Below are positions 55,317 to 64,000 of a stretch of DNA of 64,000 bases, piece by piece. The notes beneath the pieces were generated by a model that saw only the letters and a list, made by a program, of their open reading frames with translations, did no database searches and was not told the origin of the DNA. Every line of letters starts with the position of its first letter. The first letter of the stretch is position 1. Source of the stretch: a bacterium (GTDB lineage Bacteria; Patescibacteriota; Saccharimonadia; Saccharimonadales; AWTP1-31); contig JAUHZB010000004.1 in NCBI GenBank assembly GCA_030426125.1, forward strand, positions 9,253-73,252, read 5' to 3'. Made by a program: the position numbers and the translations under genes.

Positions 55317-56447
55317 ATGCAAGAAGAGATTGTATTCCAAGTTAGCGATTTCGTAGATGTGTTTAATCAGACGATTGAGTACGCTTATCCGTCAGTAGTT
55401 ATTGAAGGTGAGGTGGCTAATTTCAAAGTTAGTAAGGGCAAATGGGTATACTTCGACCTCAAAGATGAGTTTTCTTCGGTGAAATTCTTTGGCTCCCTGT
55501 ATAATCTGCCGGGCCCGATCGAAGACGGATTAATGGTCAAAGTATTAGGTAGCCCCAGGCTGCATAATCTGTTTGGATTTAGTGTTAATTTTCGGGTGAT
55601 TAGTGCGGTTGGTGAGGGTAGTATTAAGAAAGCATCCGATCTGCTAAGGGCTAAACTGGAAAAAGAAGGTCTATTTGAAGCCGATAGAAAACGACCACTT
55701 AGTCGTTATCCGCAAAGGATTGGCCTGATAACCTCCTTAGAGTCAGCTGCTTATAAAGATTTTATCAAGGTATTAGATAACCGTTGGGTGGGTTTAGAGA
55801 TCGAGGTATACAATGTTGGTGTTCAGGGTTTGGCGGCTGTTGAACAAAACATAAAAGCCATTGAATATTTTAATAACCAGCAAACTGAATATGATGTCTT
55901 GGTGATCACTAGGGGCGGGGGTAGTAAAGACGATCTAAGCGTTTATGATGACGAAAGCTTAGTAAGGGCTGTAGCTAACAGCAAGATTGCAACTATGGTC
56001 GCCGTGGGTCATGAGGTTGACATCAGTCTGGCAGAACTAGTGGCTGATAAGCGAGCTAGCACTCCAAGCAATGCAGCCGAGCTATTAGTTCCGGATAAAA
56101 GAGAGCTGATAAGCGATATTCAGCTAACTCGCAAACAACTTGATAGCACACTGAAATTGCAAATTACCAACAAGCTCCAAGAGCTAGTGCAAATAAGACA
56201 AGGCTTAAATCAAGCTATTAATTCTAAATTGGCTAGTCTGCGAGCTGAGCAAGATAGTAATAGACGTCTTTTAGAGGCTCTTGACCCAACAAATGTGCTC
56301 CGTCGGGGGTTTGCTATAGTTCGAGCTGGGGGCAAAGTTGTCAGGGGCTTAGAAAGCCTAAACCAGCAACAAAAGATTGCTATTGAATTAGCTGATGGTG
56401 AAATCGAGGCAACAATAAATAAGATCAACCTAAGAAAGAAGGGATAA
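55317..56447 (+). CDS. xseA: Exodeoxyribonuclease VII large subunit
   Basis: N-terminal OB fold (VSDFVDVFNQTIE..VVIEGEVANFK), ITRGGGSKDDL, and a coiled C-terminus. Confidence 0.85.
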   Translation: MQEEIVFQVSDFVDVFNQTIEYAYPSVVIEGEVANFKVSKGKWVYFDLKDEFSSVKFFGSLYNLPGPIEDGLMVKVLGSPRLHNLFGFSVNFRVISAVGEGSIKKASDLLRAKLEKEGLFEADRKRPLSRYPQRIGLITSLESAAYKDFIKVLDNRWVGLEIEVYNVGVQGLAAVEQNIKAIEYFNNQQTEYDVLVITRGGGSKDDLSVYDDESLVRAVANSKIATMVAVGHEVDISLAELVADKRASTPSNAAELLVPDKRELISDIQLTRKQLDSTLKLQITNKLQELVQIRQGLNQAINSKLASLRAEQDSNRRLLEALDPTNVLRRGFAIVRAGGKVVRGLESLNQQQKIAIELADGEIEATINKINLRKKG

Positions 56448-56449
56448 CT

Positions 56450-56659
56450 ATGGCCAAGAAAAAAATTAATTACCAGGAGACGCAAGCTAAACTACAGAGT
56501 TTGTTAGCTGAGCTGCAAGGTGACCAGCTTTCTATTGATGAGCATCTTGAAAAATACCAGGAAGCCCATCGTCTAGTCGATGAATTAGAAGATTATTTAC
56601 TGCAAAGTAAAAATAAAATAACTGAAATAATTGATAAGCAGGCTAAAAATAACCAATAA
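56450..56659 (+). CDS. xseB: Exodeoxyribonuclease VII small subunit
   Basis: 69-aa helical protein (LQSLLAELQGDQLSIDEHLEKYQEA) directly after xseA. Confidence 0.8.
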   Translation: MAKKKINYQETQAKLQSLLAELQGDQLSIDEHLEKYQEAHRLVDELEDYLLQSKNKITEIIDKQAKNNQ

Positions 56660-56689
56660 AATCCTAAAAAATGTGATAACATAACCAGT

Positions 56690-57352
56690 ATGAAAAGATT
56701 AAATAACTCTGGTAAGGTTGATGTCTGGTTAATCGGTTTTATTCTGACAACTTTGCTATTTATTGGGGCCTCTAGCTTTGCCGTCTGGGCCTATATGGGT
56801 CGTCAGGACTACAAGGATAACGTCGATCAGAAAATTAGCGTGGCGGTTAAAGAGGCTAATGAAGAGCTTGAAGCTAAAAAAGAAGCCGAGTTTATCGAGC
56901 GAGAGAAGAAACCACTTAGAACCTATAACGGTCCGGCTGCTTACGGTAGTTTAACTGTAAAGTATCCAAAAACCTGGTCTGTTTACGCTGATGAGACAGG
57001 CAGTGGTGGTACAGCTGTAAGTGGCTATATGCAGCCGAAATTTGTTCCGGGCATTAAATCTGGTAATAACTACGCGCTACGCTTTGAGGTCGTGGAGCGA
57101 GATTATGCATCTGAGGTGAAGAAGCTAGCTGACGGAGTTAAAAAGGGCACAGTTAGAGCAAAACCTTATCGTTCCAAGAGTGATCCCAGCAGTATTGGAA
57201 TGCGCTACGAAGGTGAGATTGCTAAAGACAAGCAAGGTGTACTGATACTATTACCACTTAGAGATAAAACTATTAGATTGTGGACCGAAGCCAATCAGTT
57301 TGTAGGTGATTACAATACAATAATCTTGCCGAACTTTAGTTACATTCCTTAG
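56690..57352 (+). CDS. Hypothetical N-terminally membrane-anchored extracytoplasmic protein
   Basis: One TM segment (VWLIGFILTTLLFIGASSFAVWAY) followed by a ~180-aa soluble domain with no recognised motif. Confidence 0.55.
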   Translation: MKRLNNSGKVDVWLIGFILTTLLFIGASSFAVWAYMGRQDYKDNVDQKISVAVKEANEELEAKKEAEFIEREKKPLRTYNGPAAYGSLTVKYPKTWSVYADETGSGGTAVSGYMQPKFVPGIKSGNNYALRFEVVERDYASEVKKLADGVKKGTVRAKPYRSKSDPSSIGMRYEGEIAKDKQGVLILLPLRDKTIRLWTEANQFVGDYNTIILPNFSYIP

Positions 57353-57473
57353 GTCAGTTAACTCGTCACAAAACAATAAATTACAATAGCTTAGCTGCGC
57401 CTAAATGCTATACTACCCAGTACACACGAGATGTAAGCACAATATAACCAAAGATAATGGGGCAGAGGGATTT

Positions 57474-58220
57474 ATGGATCAACTAGCTAAGAGTAAATGG
57501 CTAAATGAACAAAAAATGTATTCAGCTTCAAACGATGCTTCATTACCGATATTTACCTATATAGCTGAGAATCTGCGCAGTGAACTCCACAAGTTTAGCT
57601 CTGGTGTCGAATATGCCCAGATTACAGGGGATCTCAAGGGGTTAGATGGGCCAAAATACTCCGCTCAAGCAATGCTTAAATTGATAGAATGTTATCTAGA
57701 TTACATCGATCAAGTGGAGTCTTTTAAGCAAACAGAACCAGTTTCATTATCTGCTTTATTATCTTCTGTTATGTCGTCTATGAGTGGTTTTGCTAATTGG
57801 CAACAGTGTGATTTAGATCTGCAGGTTATGGGAAAATATCAGCCTGTTATGGCAAATCGGGAAGTATTAAAGACAGTGTTAACTAGCTTGAGCAGTATAT
57901 TAATACTGGCGCAGAGTGAGATCGTCCACCGCACAAGACCAGTAGTAACTTTTGTAGTCAGAAAGACAAAAGCAGGCATTTCAGCTGGCATCTATTCCAG
58001 TGTCAATGCAATCGATAGTAAAACTTTAAAAACAGCTCGCCAGCTTTACGGCAAACCAGGCAATCCAACTAGTAAGTCGCTTAGTAATGGCAGTGCCGGG
58101 CTGTTTATGGCTGATTCATTGCTGGGAAAAATGTCAAATGGGCTAAAGGTATCGAAGTTTAATAATATGCAAGGGCTATCTGCTAATTTTGAAGTAAGTC
58201 AGCAGATTGCTTTAGTGTAG
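57474..58220 (+). CDS. Cytoplasmic histidine-kinase-like protein with degenerate H-box and ATP-binding boxes (putative pseudokinase)
   Basis: IAENLRSEL aligns by eye with the H-box SHELRTPL (Glu-Asn in place of Ser-His). ANREVLKTVLTSLSSIL aligns with the N-box but has no Asn. NGSAGLFMADSLLGKMSNG resembles a G2 box. ATG 57474 has SD gaggga. Weak, by-eye call. Confidence 0.4.
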   Translation: MDQLAKSKWLNEQKMYSASNDASLPIFTYIAENLRSELHKFSSGVEYAQITGDLKGLDGPKYSAQAMLKLIECYLDYIDQVESFKQTEPVSLSALLSSVMSSMSGFANWQQCDLDLQVMGKYQPVMANREVLKTVLTSLSSILILAQSEIVHRTRPVVTFVVRKTKAGISAGIYSSVNAIDSKTLKTARQLYGKPGNPTSKSLSNGSAGLFMADSLLGKMSNGLKVSKFNNMQGLSANFEVSQQIALV

Positions 58221-58225
58221 TTACT

Positions 58226-58600
58226 ATGAAAAAGATACTGATCGTGGAACCAGATAATGAACTAGGTAAACAGTATCAAAGTTTAGTTATCGGGCAGGGT
58301 TACCAAGCAAAGCTGGCTCAAAGTTCTGATGATGCTCTGAGTCTGATCGATAGCTATTCTCCGGATGTAGTTGTTTTGGAACTGCAGATGATTGAGCACA
58401 ATGGCTTGGAGCTACTATATGAGCTCAGGTCATACGTGGACTGGGATGATATCAAGATAGTATTGAATACCTCCGTGAAACAGTCTTTACTAAAAAAGTC
58501 GCCAGTTTACAGTCGGCTAAATATAGCCAAATACCTGTATAAACCCGACACCCCGCCCAGCAAATTATTAAGCGCTATCGAATCGGTTGTTAGTAGTTAG
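58226..58600 (+). CDS. Stand-alone receiver-domain protein with Glu at the phospho-acceptor position (pseudo-receiver)
   Basis: The CheY-like fold text is conserved (ILIVEPDN; NGLELLYELR; IVLNTS; YLYKP), but the acceptor site reads VVVLELQM (D to E). Confidence 0.75.
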   Translation: MKKILIVEPDNELGKQYQSLVIGQGYQAKLAQSSDDALSLIDSYSPDVVVLELQMIEHNGLELLYELRSYVDWDDIKIVLNTSVKQSLLKKSPVYSRLNIAKYLYKPDTPPSKLLSAIESVVSS

Positions 58601-58602
58601 TT

Positions 58603-59289
58603 ATGGATAGACTAAGTGACAGAGCAATTATTTTATCTCGTACCAATTATCGTGAGGCTGATCGTATTTTAACGGTTATTACAAAAGAGGGAGAGAAGCT
58701 GACTATTATTGCTAAAGGGGTGCGTAAGCTAAAAAGCAAGTTAGCCGGCGGTATAGAGTTGTTCTCGGAATCGGAGCTTGGCTACCTTAAGGGTCGTGGC
58801 CAGATGGTTACTCTGCTTTCGGCCAGGACGATAAAGCAATATAAAGAGATAGTGAAAGATATAAATCGAACGATGTTCGGCTATGAGGTCTTGAAGCTAG
58901 TTAACAGGGTTACCGAAGATCACTCCATAGGTGAATATTACGATCTTATGTCTAGTGCATTGGCTGGCCTAGATGATATAGCGCTTGATCTGAATCTAGT
59001 CAAAAGCTGGACCTATTATAAGTTACTGGTCCTTTACGGCCATCAGCCCAATATCTACCGAGATAGTAGTGGGGCAAAGCTCAGCGAAGGCTTGAATTAT
59101 GACTTTGATATTTCTAGTATGTCATTAGTTGAGGCTGACAAAGGTGTATATGACTCCAAGTTTATTAAACTACTTAGATTTATTGATAGAGTAGAAGATA
59201 GTACAAAACTAAAAGCCCTTAGTGGGGTGCAGGCGGAGTCACTCCTAGCAGCGCAGTTACTACATAAAATGATAAAATTCAATCTATAG
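58603..59289 (+). CDS. recO: DNA repair protein RecO
   Basis: AIILSRTNYREADRILTVITKEGEKLTIIAKGVRKLKSKL is a typical RecO OB-fold N-terminus. Confidence 0.85.
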   Translation: MDRLSDRAIILSRTNYREADRILTVITKEGEKLTIIAKGVRKLKSKLAGGIELFSESELGYLKGRGQMVTLLSARTIKQYKEIVKDINRTMFGYEVLKLVNRVTEDHSIGEYYDLMSSALAGLDDIALDLNLVKSWTYYKLLVLYGHQPNIYRDSSGAKLSEGLNYDFDISSMSLVEADKGVYDSKFIKLLRFIDRVEDSTKLKALSGVQAESLLAAQLLHKMIKFNL

Positions 59290-59314
59290 CTTCAGAGGTG
59301 TTATAATTAGGCAT

Positions 59315-60646
59315 ATGAGTACAGTAAAATTAGAAGAAATCGTTAGCCTGGCTAAACGAAGAGGTTTTGTTTTTCAAGCTTCAGAGATTTATGGTGGATT
59401 AGCTGGTTTTTGGGATTATGGCCCTTTGGGCGTAGAGTTAGCCAACAGAATAAAGGCTGAATGGTGGTCGGCAATGGTCACTGATAAGGACAATGTATTT
59501 GGTATTGATGGGGCAATAATTCAAAACCCTAATTTATGGAAAGCAAGTGGTCATGTTGCTGGATTTACCGATCCGCTAGTGGATTGCACGAACTGCGGCG
59601 CAAGGCACCGGGCTGATCATTTAGCTGACACCGATTCAACTGATCTAGAAGAGTTAACAGAACTACTCAAGGGCAAGTCTTGTCCAAAATGCGGTAAACA
59701 GAGTCTAACGAAGCCAAGAACCTACAACATGATGATGAAGACTTGGGTTGGTCCTATCGAAGATGCTTCATCGGTAGCATATCTAAGGCCAGAGACTGCT
59801 GGTTCAATTTTTATCAATTACGAGAATGTGCGAGAAACGATGCGGGCTAAGTTACCATTTGGTATTGCTCAGATAGGAAAAGCTTTTCGGAATGAGATTT
59901 CACCGCGTGATTTTATTTTTAGAGCTCGTGAATTTGAGCAAATGGAGATGCAGTACTTTATCAATCCAGATGATCAAGAAAAGAGCTATCAAGATTGGCG
60001 TGATTTTGCCTGGAAATTCCTAACTGCTAGCTTAGGCATTAAAGCTGATAGCTTGGAATGGCATCAACATGCTGAAAATGAGAGAGCCCATTATGCAGCC
60101 AATGCTCATGATATATACTTTAAATTCCCATTCGGATCGAAGGAATTATGGGGTACACATAACCGAACTGATTTTGACCTGTCAAACCACTCAAAAGAAA
60201 GCAAGAAAGACCTCAGTTATTTCGACGAGCAAACAAAAAGCAGATTTATTCCTTACGTTATTGAATCTTCGGTTGGATTGGATAGGATGTTCCTAGCTGT
60301 CCTGACTGATGCTTATCATGAGGAGGAAATAAATGGCGAGAAGCGGGTTGTTTTGAAACTAAAACCAGAACTTGCGCCATATCGCTTTGCGGTTAGCCCA
60401 CTGCTGAAAAATAAAGCAGAATTAGTTGAAAAAGCTTCAGAGTTATTTAAAGCACTAAAGAAAAAACACGGTAATGTAATCTGGGATGATAACGGCAACA
60501 TCGGTAAACGTTATCGTCGTCAGGATGAAATAGGCACACCGAACTGTATTACCGTAGATTTCCAGAGCTTAGAAGATGACACCGTTACCATAAGAGATCG
60601 TGATACCACTGAGCAGAAAAGAATTTCAATAAGTGAGTTAATATAA
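59315..60646 (+). CDS. glyQS: Glycyl-tRNA synthetase (alpha2 homodimeric type)
   Basis: RRGFVFQASEIYGGLAGFWDYGPLG, GKAFRNEISPRDFIFRAREFEQME, ESSVGLDR, and a C-terminal anticodon-binding domain. Confidence 0.95.
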   Translation: MSTVKLEEIVSLAKRRGFVFQASEIYGGLAGFWDYGPLGVELANRIKAEWWSAMVTDKDNVFGIDGAIIQNPNLWKASGHVAGFTDPLVDCTNCGARHRADHLADTDSTDLEELTELLKGKSCPKCGKQSLTKPRTYNMMMKTWVGPIEDASSVAYLRPETAGSIFINYENVRETMRAKLPFGIAQIGKAFRNEISPRDFIFRAREFEQMEMQYFINPDDQEKSYQDWRDFAWKFLTASLGIKADSLEWHQHAENERAHYAANAHDIYFKFPFGSKELWGTHNRTDFDLSNHSKESKKDLSYFDEQTKSRFIPYVIESSVGLDRMFLAVLTDAYHEEEINGEKRVVLKLKPELAPYRFAVSPLLKNKAELVEKASELFKALKKKHGNVIWDDNGNIGKRYRRQDEIGTPNCITVDFQSLEDDTVTIRDRDTTEQKRISISELI

Positions 60647-61216
60647 ATGGTTCAGTTTAGCAAAAAGGGCAATTACGCATTTATAGATAACCAAAATCTA
60701 AACTTGGGTATCCAGAAATTGGGCTGGAAGATGGACTGGCGAAAATTTCGCCGGTACTTAAAAGATAATTTTAATGTTTCCGAGGCTTTTATGTTTATCG
60801 GTCATATGCCAGAACATGAAGAAATGTATTTACAGCTTCATGATGCTGGATATCTAATCGTATTAAAACCAACTTTTGATATGAGTGACCCAAAAAACAT
60901 TAGTCTGTCTACCGGCTCCTCGAGTGACGATAAGAATGACGACAAGAAACCTATTAAAGGAAATGTTGATGCAGAGTTGGTGTTGTGGGCTGTTAAAGAA
61001 ATGAAGAATTACGATAAGGCTGTAATTGTCAGCGGTGATGGGGATTTCTATAGCCTAGTAGAATATCTAGAACAGCAGAATAAGCTCCTTAATATTCTGG
61101 CACCAAACAGTCATTATTCAAGGCTATACAACAAGTACGACAGTTTTGTAGAACGAATCGATAAACAGCGAAAAATTCTAGCTTACCGAAAATCACGAAA
61201 TAAAAAGCCTCAGTAG
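60647..61216 (+). CDS. NYN-domain (LabA/DUF88-like) putative RNase
   Basis: YAFIDNQNLNLG, GNVDAELV, VIVSGDGDFYSLVEYL. The ATG directly abuts the glyQS stop codon. Confidence 0.7.
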   Translation: MVQFSKKGNYAFIDNQNLNLGIQKLGWKMDWRKFRRYLKDNFNVSEAFMFIGHMPEHEEMYLQLHDAGYLIVLKPTFDMSDPKNISLSTGSSSDDKNDDKKPIKGNVDAELVLWAVKEMKNYDKAVIVSGDGDFYSLVEYLEQQNKLLNILAPNSHYSRLYNKYDSFVERIDKQRKILAYRKSRNKKPQ

Positions 61217-61221
61217 TTGTC

Positions 61222-61653
61222 ATGAAATTACAGTTTAGCCCCCAGCTAACACCAAAAGAGATGTTAGATCTAGGAGTGTTTGGCGGAAATTATTTTCCTC
61301 ATATACCAGAAGAATTTCCAGCAGAATGGTTTAGTAACGCTCGGCTAAGTAGTGATGGTAAAGCGCACAGTGAACTCAATTTCTTCGAGGTGGTGGCCAG
61401 TCAACCGCGGAGTGTCTGGCTGGCCAAAGGCTGGATTGATGAAGTTGACCCTTTAGGATGGTTCCAGTGGTACTGTCGTTACTTTCAGGGTAGGCGAATT
61501 CCAGAGATAGATAATAAACAGATTAAACGTTGGAAGGCGATGCGCCGGCATATTGCTCAGATTACAAAAAACTGCCAGAAGCAAGATTTAACATGTCGTC
61601 GACGACAAAGACAGGCGTTACTTCATTGGGCCTATGACAGCCGCAAGATATAG
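61222..61653 (+). CDS. Conserved hypothetical protein
   Basis: 143 aa. GVFGGNYF.., DPLGWFQWYCRYFQGRR, QIKRW and RQRQALLHWAYD look like a widespread uncharacterised family I cannot name. Confidence 0.55.
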   Translation: MKLQFSPQLTPKEMLDLGVFGGNYFPHIPEEFPAEWFSNARLSSDGKAHSELNFFEVVASQPRSVWLAKGWIDEVDPLGWFQWYCRYFQGRRIPEIDNKQIKRWKAMRRHIAQITKNCQKQDLTCRRRQRQALLHWAYDSRKI

Positions 61654-61711
61654 CAATCTTGATATATACTCAGTCTAGGAGCATAATATTAGGCATAAAT
61701 AAGGAGGGAAT

Positions 61712-62131
61712 ATGGAAGTAGAAGTTAATTGGTTGGCAGTAGTTTTAGCTACCCTTAGTAGTATGGTGGTTGGCGCCGTTTGGTACACACCTCAGTTGTT
61801 TGGTAAAAGCTGGATGAAGCTTACCAAGGTAGATCCTAGTAAAACACCAACTAATCCTGGCAAGATCTATGGATTAACTCTACTAGCTAGTTTGTTAACT
61901 GCTTTTGTGTTGGCTCATATGTCATATATGGCGTCGCAATTCTTTGATACTTCTTTTCTATCGACTGCTGTGACTACCGCTTTTTGGCTTTGGTTGGGAT
62001 TCACAGTTAGTAGATTGTTAGTTCACGATCTATTCGAAAATCGACCGATTAAACTAACTGTTCTAAATGCTGGACACGAATTAGCTACGGTGATGGTTAT
62101 GGCCTTAATCATCGGTGGCATGGGTGTATAG
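61712..62131 (+). CDS. DUF1761-family membrane protein
   Basis: NWLAVVLATLSSMVVGAVWYTPQLFGKSWM and four TM segments; strong SD aaggaggg. Confidence 0.7.
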   Translation: MEVEVNWLAVVLATLSSMVVGAVWYTPQLFGKSWMKLTKVDPSKTPTNPGKIYGLTLLASLLTAFVLAHMSYMASQFFDTSFLSTAVTTAFWLWLGFTVSRLLVHDLFENRPIKLTVLNAGHELATVMVMALIIGGMGV

Positions 62132-62854
62132 ATGGCCGGTCAATTCGACAATTTGAATGCCTTATTCATAAATACTACGCTCAAAAAATCGCCACAGGAA
62201 AGTCATACTGACCTGTTGATCGAGATAAGCAGACAGTTGATGCATAAAAACGGGGTCAAAACAGATTTAATTCGCTCCATAGATAAAGATATCGCAAGTG
62301 GTGTATATCCAGACATGAGAGAACATGGCTGGGACTCCGACCAGTGGCCTGAAATATACAAAAAAGTTCAACAAGCAGATATTTTGGTGCTAGCTGGACC
62401 AATCTGGCTGGGCGATAACAGTAGCGAGATGAAAAAAGTGATAGAACGGCTGTATGCTAACTCTGGTGAGCTTAATAGCAAAGGTCAGTATGCATATTAC
62501 GGTAAAGTCGGCGGTTGCCTAATTACTGGTAATGAAGATGGCGTTAAACACTGTGCTATGAATGTACTATACAGTTTAGGGCACATTGGCTATACCATCC
62601 CACCTCAGGCCGATGCTGGCTGGATAGGTGAAGCTGGTCCGGGTCCGAGTTACGGAGATGAAACTGAAGATGGACAGAGCCGGGCTGGTATAGATAACGA
62701 CTTTACTAACCGAAATACTACATTCATGACCTATAACCTAATGCATCTAGCACAAATGATAAAAGATGCAGGCGGTATCCCGGCTGAAGGCAATCAGCGA
62801 ACAGAGTGGGATAATGGAAATAAGTTTGGATTTGAAAACCCTGAATACCGGTGA
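62132..62854 (+). CDS. Flavodoxin-like fold NAD(P)H-dependent FMN reductase family protein
   Basis: ALFINTTLKKSPQESHT, ADILVLAGPIWLGDNSSEMKKVIERL. Confidence 0.7.
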   Translation: MAGQFDNLNALFINTTLKKSPQESHTDLLIEISRQLMHKNGVKTDLIRSIDKDIASGVYPDMREHGWDSDQWPEIYKKVQQADILVLAGPIWLGDNSSEMKKVIERLYANSGELNSKGQYAYYGKVGGCLITGNEDGVKHCAMNVLYSLGHIGYTIPPQADAGWIGEAGPGPSYGDETEDGQSRAGIDNDFTNRNTTFMTYNLMHLAQMIKDAGGIPAEGNQRTEWDNGNKFGFENPEYR

Positions 62855-62870
62855 TGTATAATTAGCTGTA

Positions 62871-64000
62871 ATGACCAAAAATATATTTCCAGATAATTTC
62901 TTTTGGGGGGCTAGTACGGCTAGCCATCAAGTAGAAGGTAAAACCGAGAATCAGTGGTCAGTTTGGGAGCTTGAAAATGCAAATTACTTTGCCAAGCATG
63001 CAAAATCTAGACTAAAGGATCTAGATAACTGGAAAGAAATTGAGCATCAAGCCAGCAATCCATCAAACTATGTCTCTGGAAGGGGAGTAGACCATTATAG
63101 TCTGTATCAGCAAGATTTTGATATTGCCAAAAAACTTAATCTTACTGCCTTTAGATTCGGCATAGAATGGTCAAGGATTGAACCGGAAGAAGGAGTTTGG
63201 GATAAGGTCGAGATTGACCATTATAGGAGATATATTGCTGAACTAAAGAAACGGAATTTAGAGCCGTTTTTAAACATCTGGCACTGGACCATGCCAACCT
63301 GGTTTACTAATAAAGGTGGTTTTGAGAAGTTTTCTAACCTTAAATACTGGAATCGTTTTGTTGAGAAGGTGATCGGCGAACTGGGCGCCGACGTTAAGTA
63401 TGTAATCACCATAAATGAACCAAATGTTTACTCAGCTTTTAGCTATATGCTAGGGGAGTGGCCCCCGGAAACGAAGAATCCTTTTATCTGTTCCAAGGTT
63501 TATTACAACCTACTTAGGGCCCATAAGAGCGCTTATAGGATTATTAAACGAAAAAAACCCTCAATACAAATAGGGGTGGCAGCTCAGCTAGCAAATCTGC
63601 AGGCAAAAAGACCCAGGAATCTGATCGATGTAGTAACCACTCAGATCATGCGTTATCTATGGAATTGGTGGTTTTTGAATCGTATTCGAAAGTATCAAGA
63701 TTTTGTAGGATTTAATTATTATTTTACGGATTACTATCGCAACTTTAAAAAAGTGAATCCCAAAGCTCCACTGAGTGATTTAGGCTGGTATATGGAGCCA
63801 GAAGGACTGCATCCTTTATTAACCAGAGTATGGGCCCATTACAAGAAACCAATCATTGTCACTGAAAATGGATTAGCTGACAGCAAAGACGTAAATAGGC
63901 AATGGTGGATAGAGGAGACTATTGTGGCAATGGAGAGGGCTATATCGGAGGGAGTTGATCTTCGGGGGTATTTCCACTGGAGCCTGCTGGATAATTTTGA
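62871..64000 (+). CDS. Glycoside hydrolase family 1 beta-glucosidase (3' end lies outside the window)
   Basis: Not in the ORF track because it runs off the window. I translated it by hand from ATG 62871 with no stop to 64000. It contains FFWGASTASHQVEG, RFGIEWSRIEP, TINEPNVY (acid/base Glu), VTENGLAD (nucleophile Glu) and GYFHWSLLDNF. Confidence 0.9.
   Translation, partial: MTKNIFPDNFFWGASTASHQVEGKTENQWSVWELENANYFAKHAKSRLKDLDNWKEIEHQASNPSNYVSGRGVDHYSLYQQDFDIAKKLNLTAFRFGIEWSRIEPEEGVWDKVEIDHYRRYIAELKKRNLEPFLNIWHWTMPTWFTNKGGFEKFSNLKYWNRFVEKVIGELGADVKYVITINEPNVYSAFSYMLGEWPPETKNPFICSKVYYNLLRAHKSAYRIIKRKKPSIQIGVAAQLANLQAKRPRNLIDVVTTQIMRYLWNWWFLNRIRKYQDFVGFNYYFTDYYRNFKKVNPKAPLSDLGWYMEPEGLHPLLTRVWAHYKKPIIVTENGLADSKDVNRQWWIEETIVAMERAISEGVDLRGYFHWSLLDNF

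Noticed and set aside
1-64000. Search for CRISPR arrays, IS elements, integrases, prophage or defence islands
   Set aside because: I noticed no spaced direct repeats, terminal inverted repeats, or transposase, integrase or phage-like ORFs. The window reads as a contiguous core-genome region.

Overview
This 64 kb window is moderately AT-rich and very gene-dense, with about 70 CDS, mostly on the + strand, separated by short or overlapping junctions. I found no rRNA, tRNA, CRISPR array, transposase or integrase. Nearly everything is core housekeeping. Translation: infB (3' part), rpsU, rplU, rpmA, rpmE, rpsB, tsf, frr, prfA, prmC, prfB, hpf, def, fmt, map, and five aaRS genes (ileS, proS, lysS, serS, glyQS). 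Division and segregation: ftsA, ftsZ, ftsEX, parAB. Secretion and envelope proteolysis: secA, lepB, htrA-like, rseP, ctp, a CPBP protease, an M16 peptidase and a sortase. DNA and nucleotide metabolism: priA, recO, xseAB, nrdR, nrdJ, pyrG, adk. UGA is used as a stop codon and both RF1 and RF2 are present, so the code is standard. The repertoire includes a class II RNR, a sortase, FtsEX with a coiled-coil CHAP hydrolase, and a rpsB-tsf-frr-uppS-rseP cluster lacking pyrH and cdsA. This suggests a reduced-genome monoderm bacterium of the CPR/Patescibacteria (Saccharibacteria-like) type, which is inference, not a database result. The points most worth a second look are listed here. (1) A clear heliorhodopsin gene (36529..37344) with no retinal-synthesis genes nearby. 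(2) A membrane protein followed by a kinase-like protein and a receiver in which both phospho-sites appear replaced by Glu (56690..58600). (3) A well-formed T-box leader with a very short Stem I upstream of ileS (about 15426..15654). (4) A tiny promoter-to-terminator unit with a Pro-rich 21-codon sORF and mutually exclusive hairpins upstream of an orphan ORF and proS (30949..31085). (5) At least 10 genes with a -10 hexamer only 6-8 nt from the ATG, suggesting leaderless mRNAs. (6) An msrA gene split by a 1-nt frameshift. All protein calls rest on reading the translated ORFs and recognising motifs from memory. No alignments or HMM searches were run.
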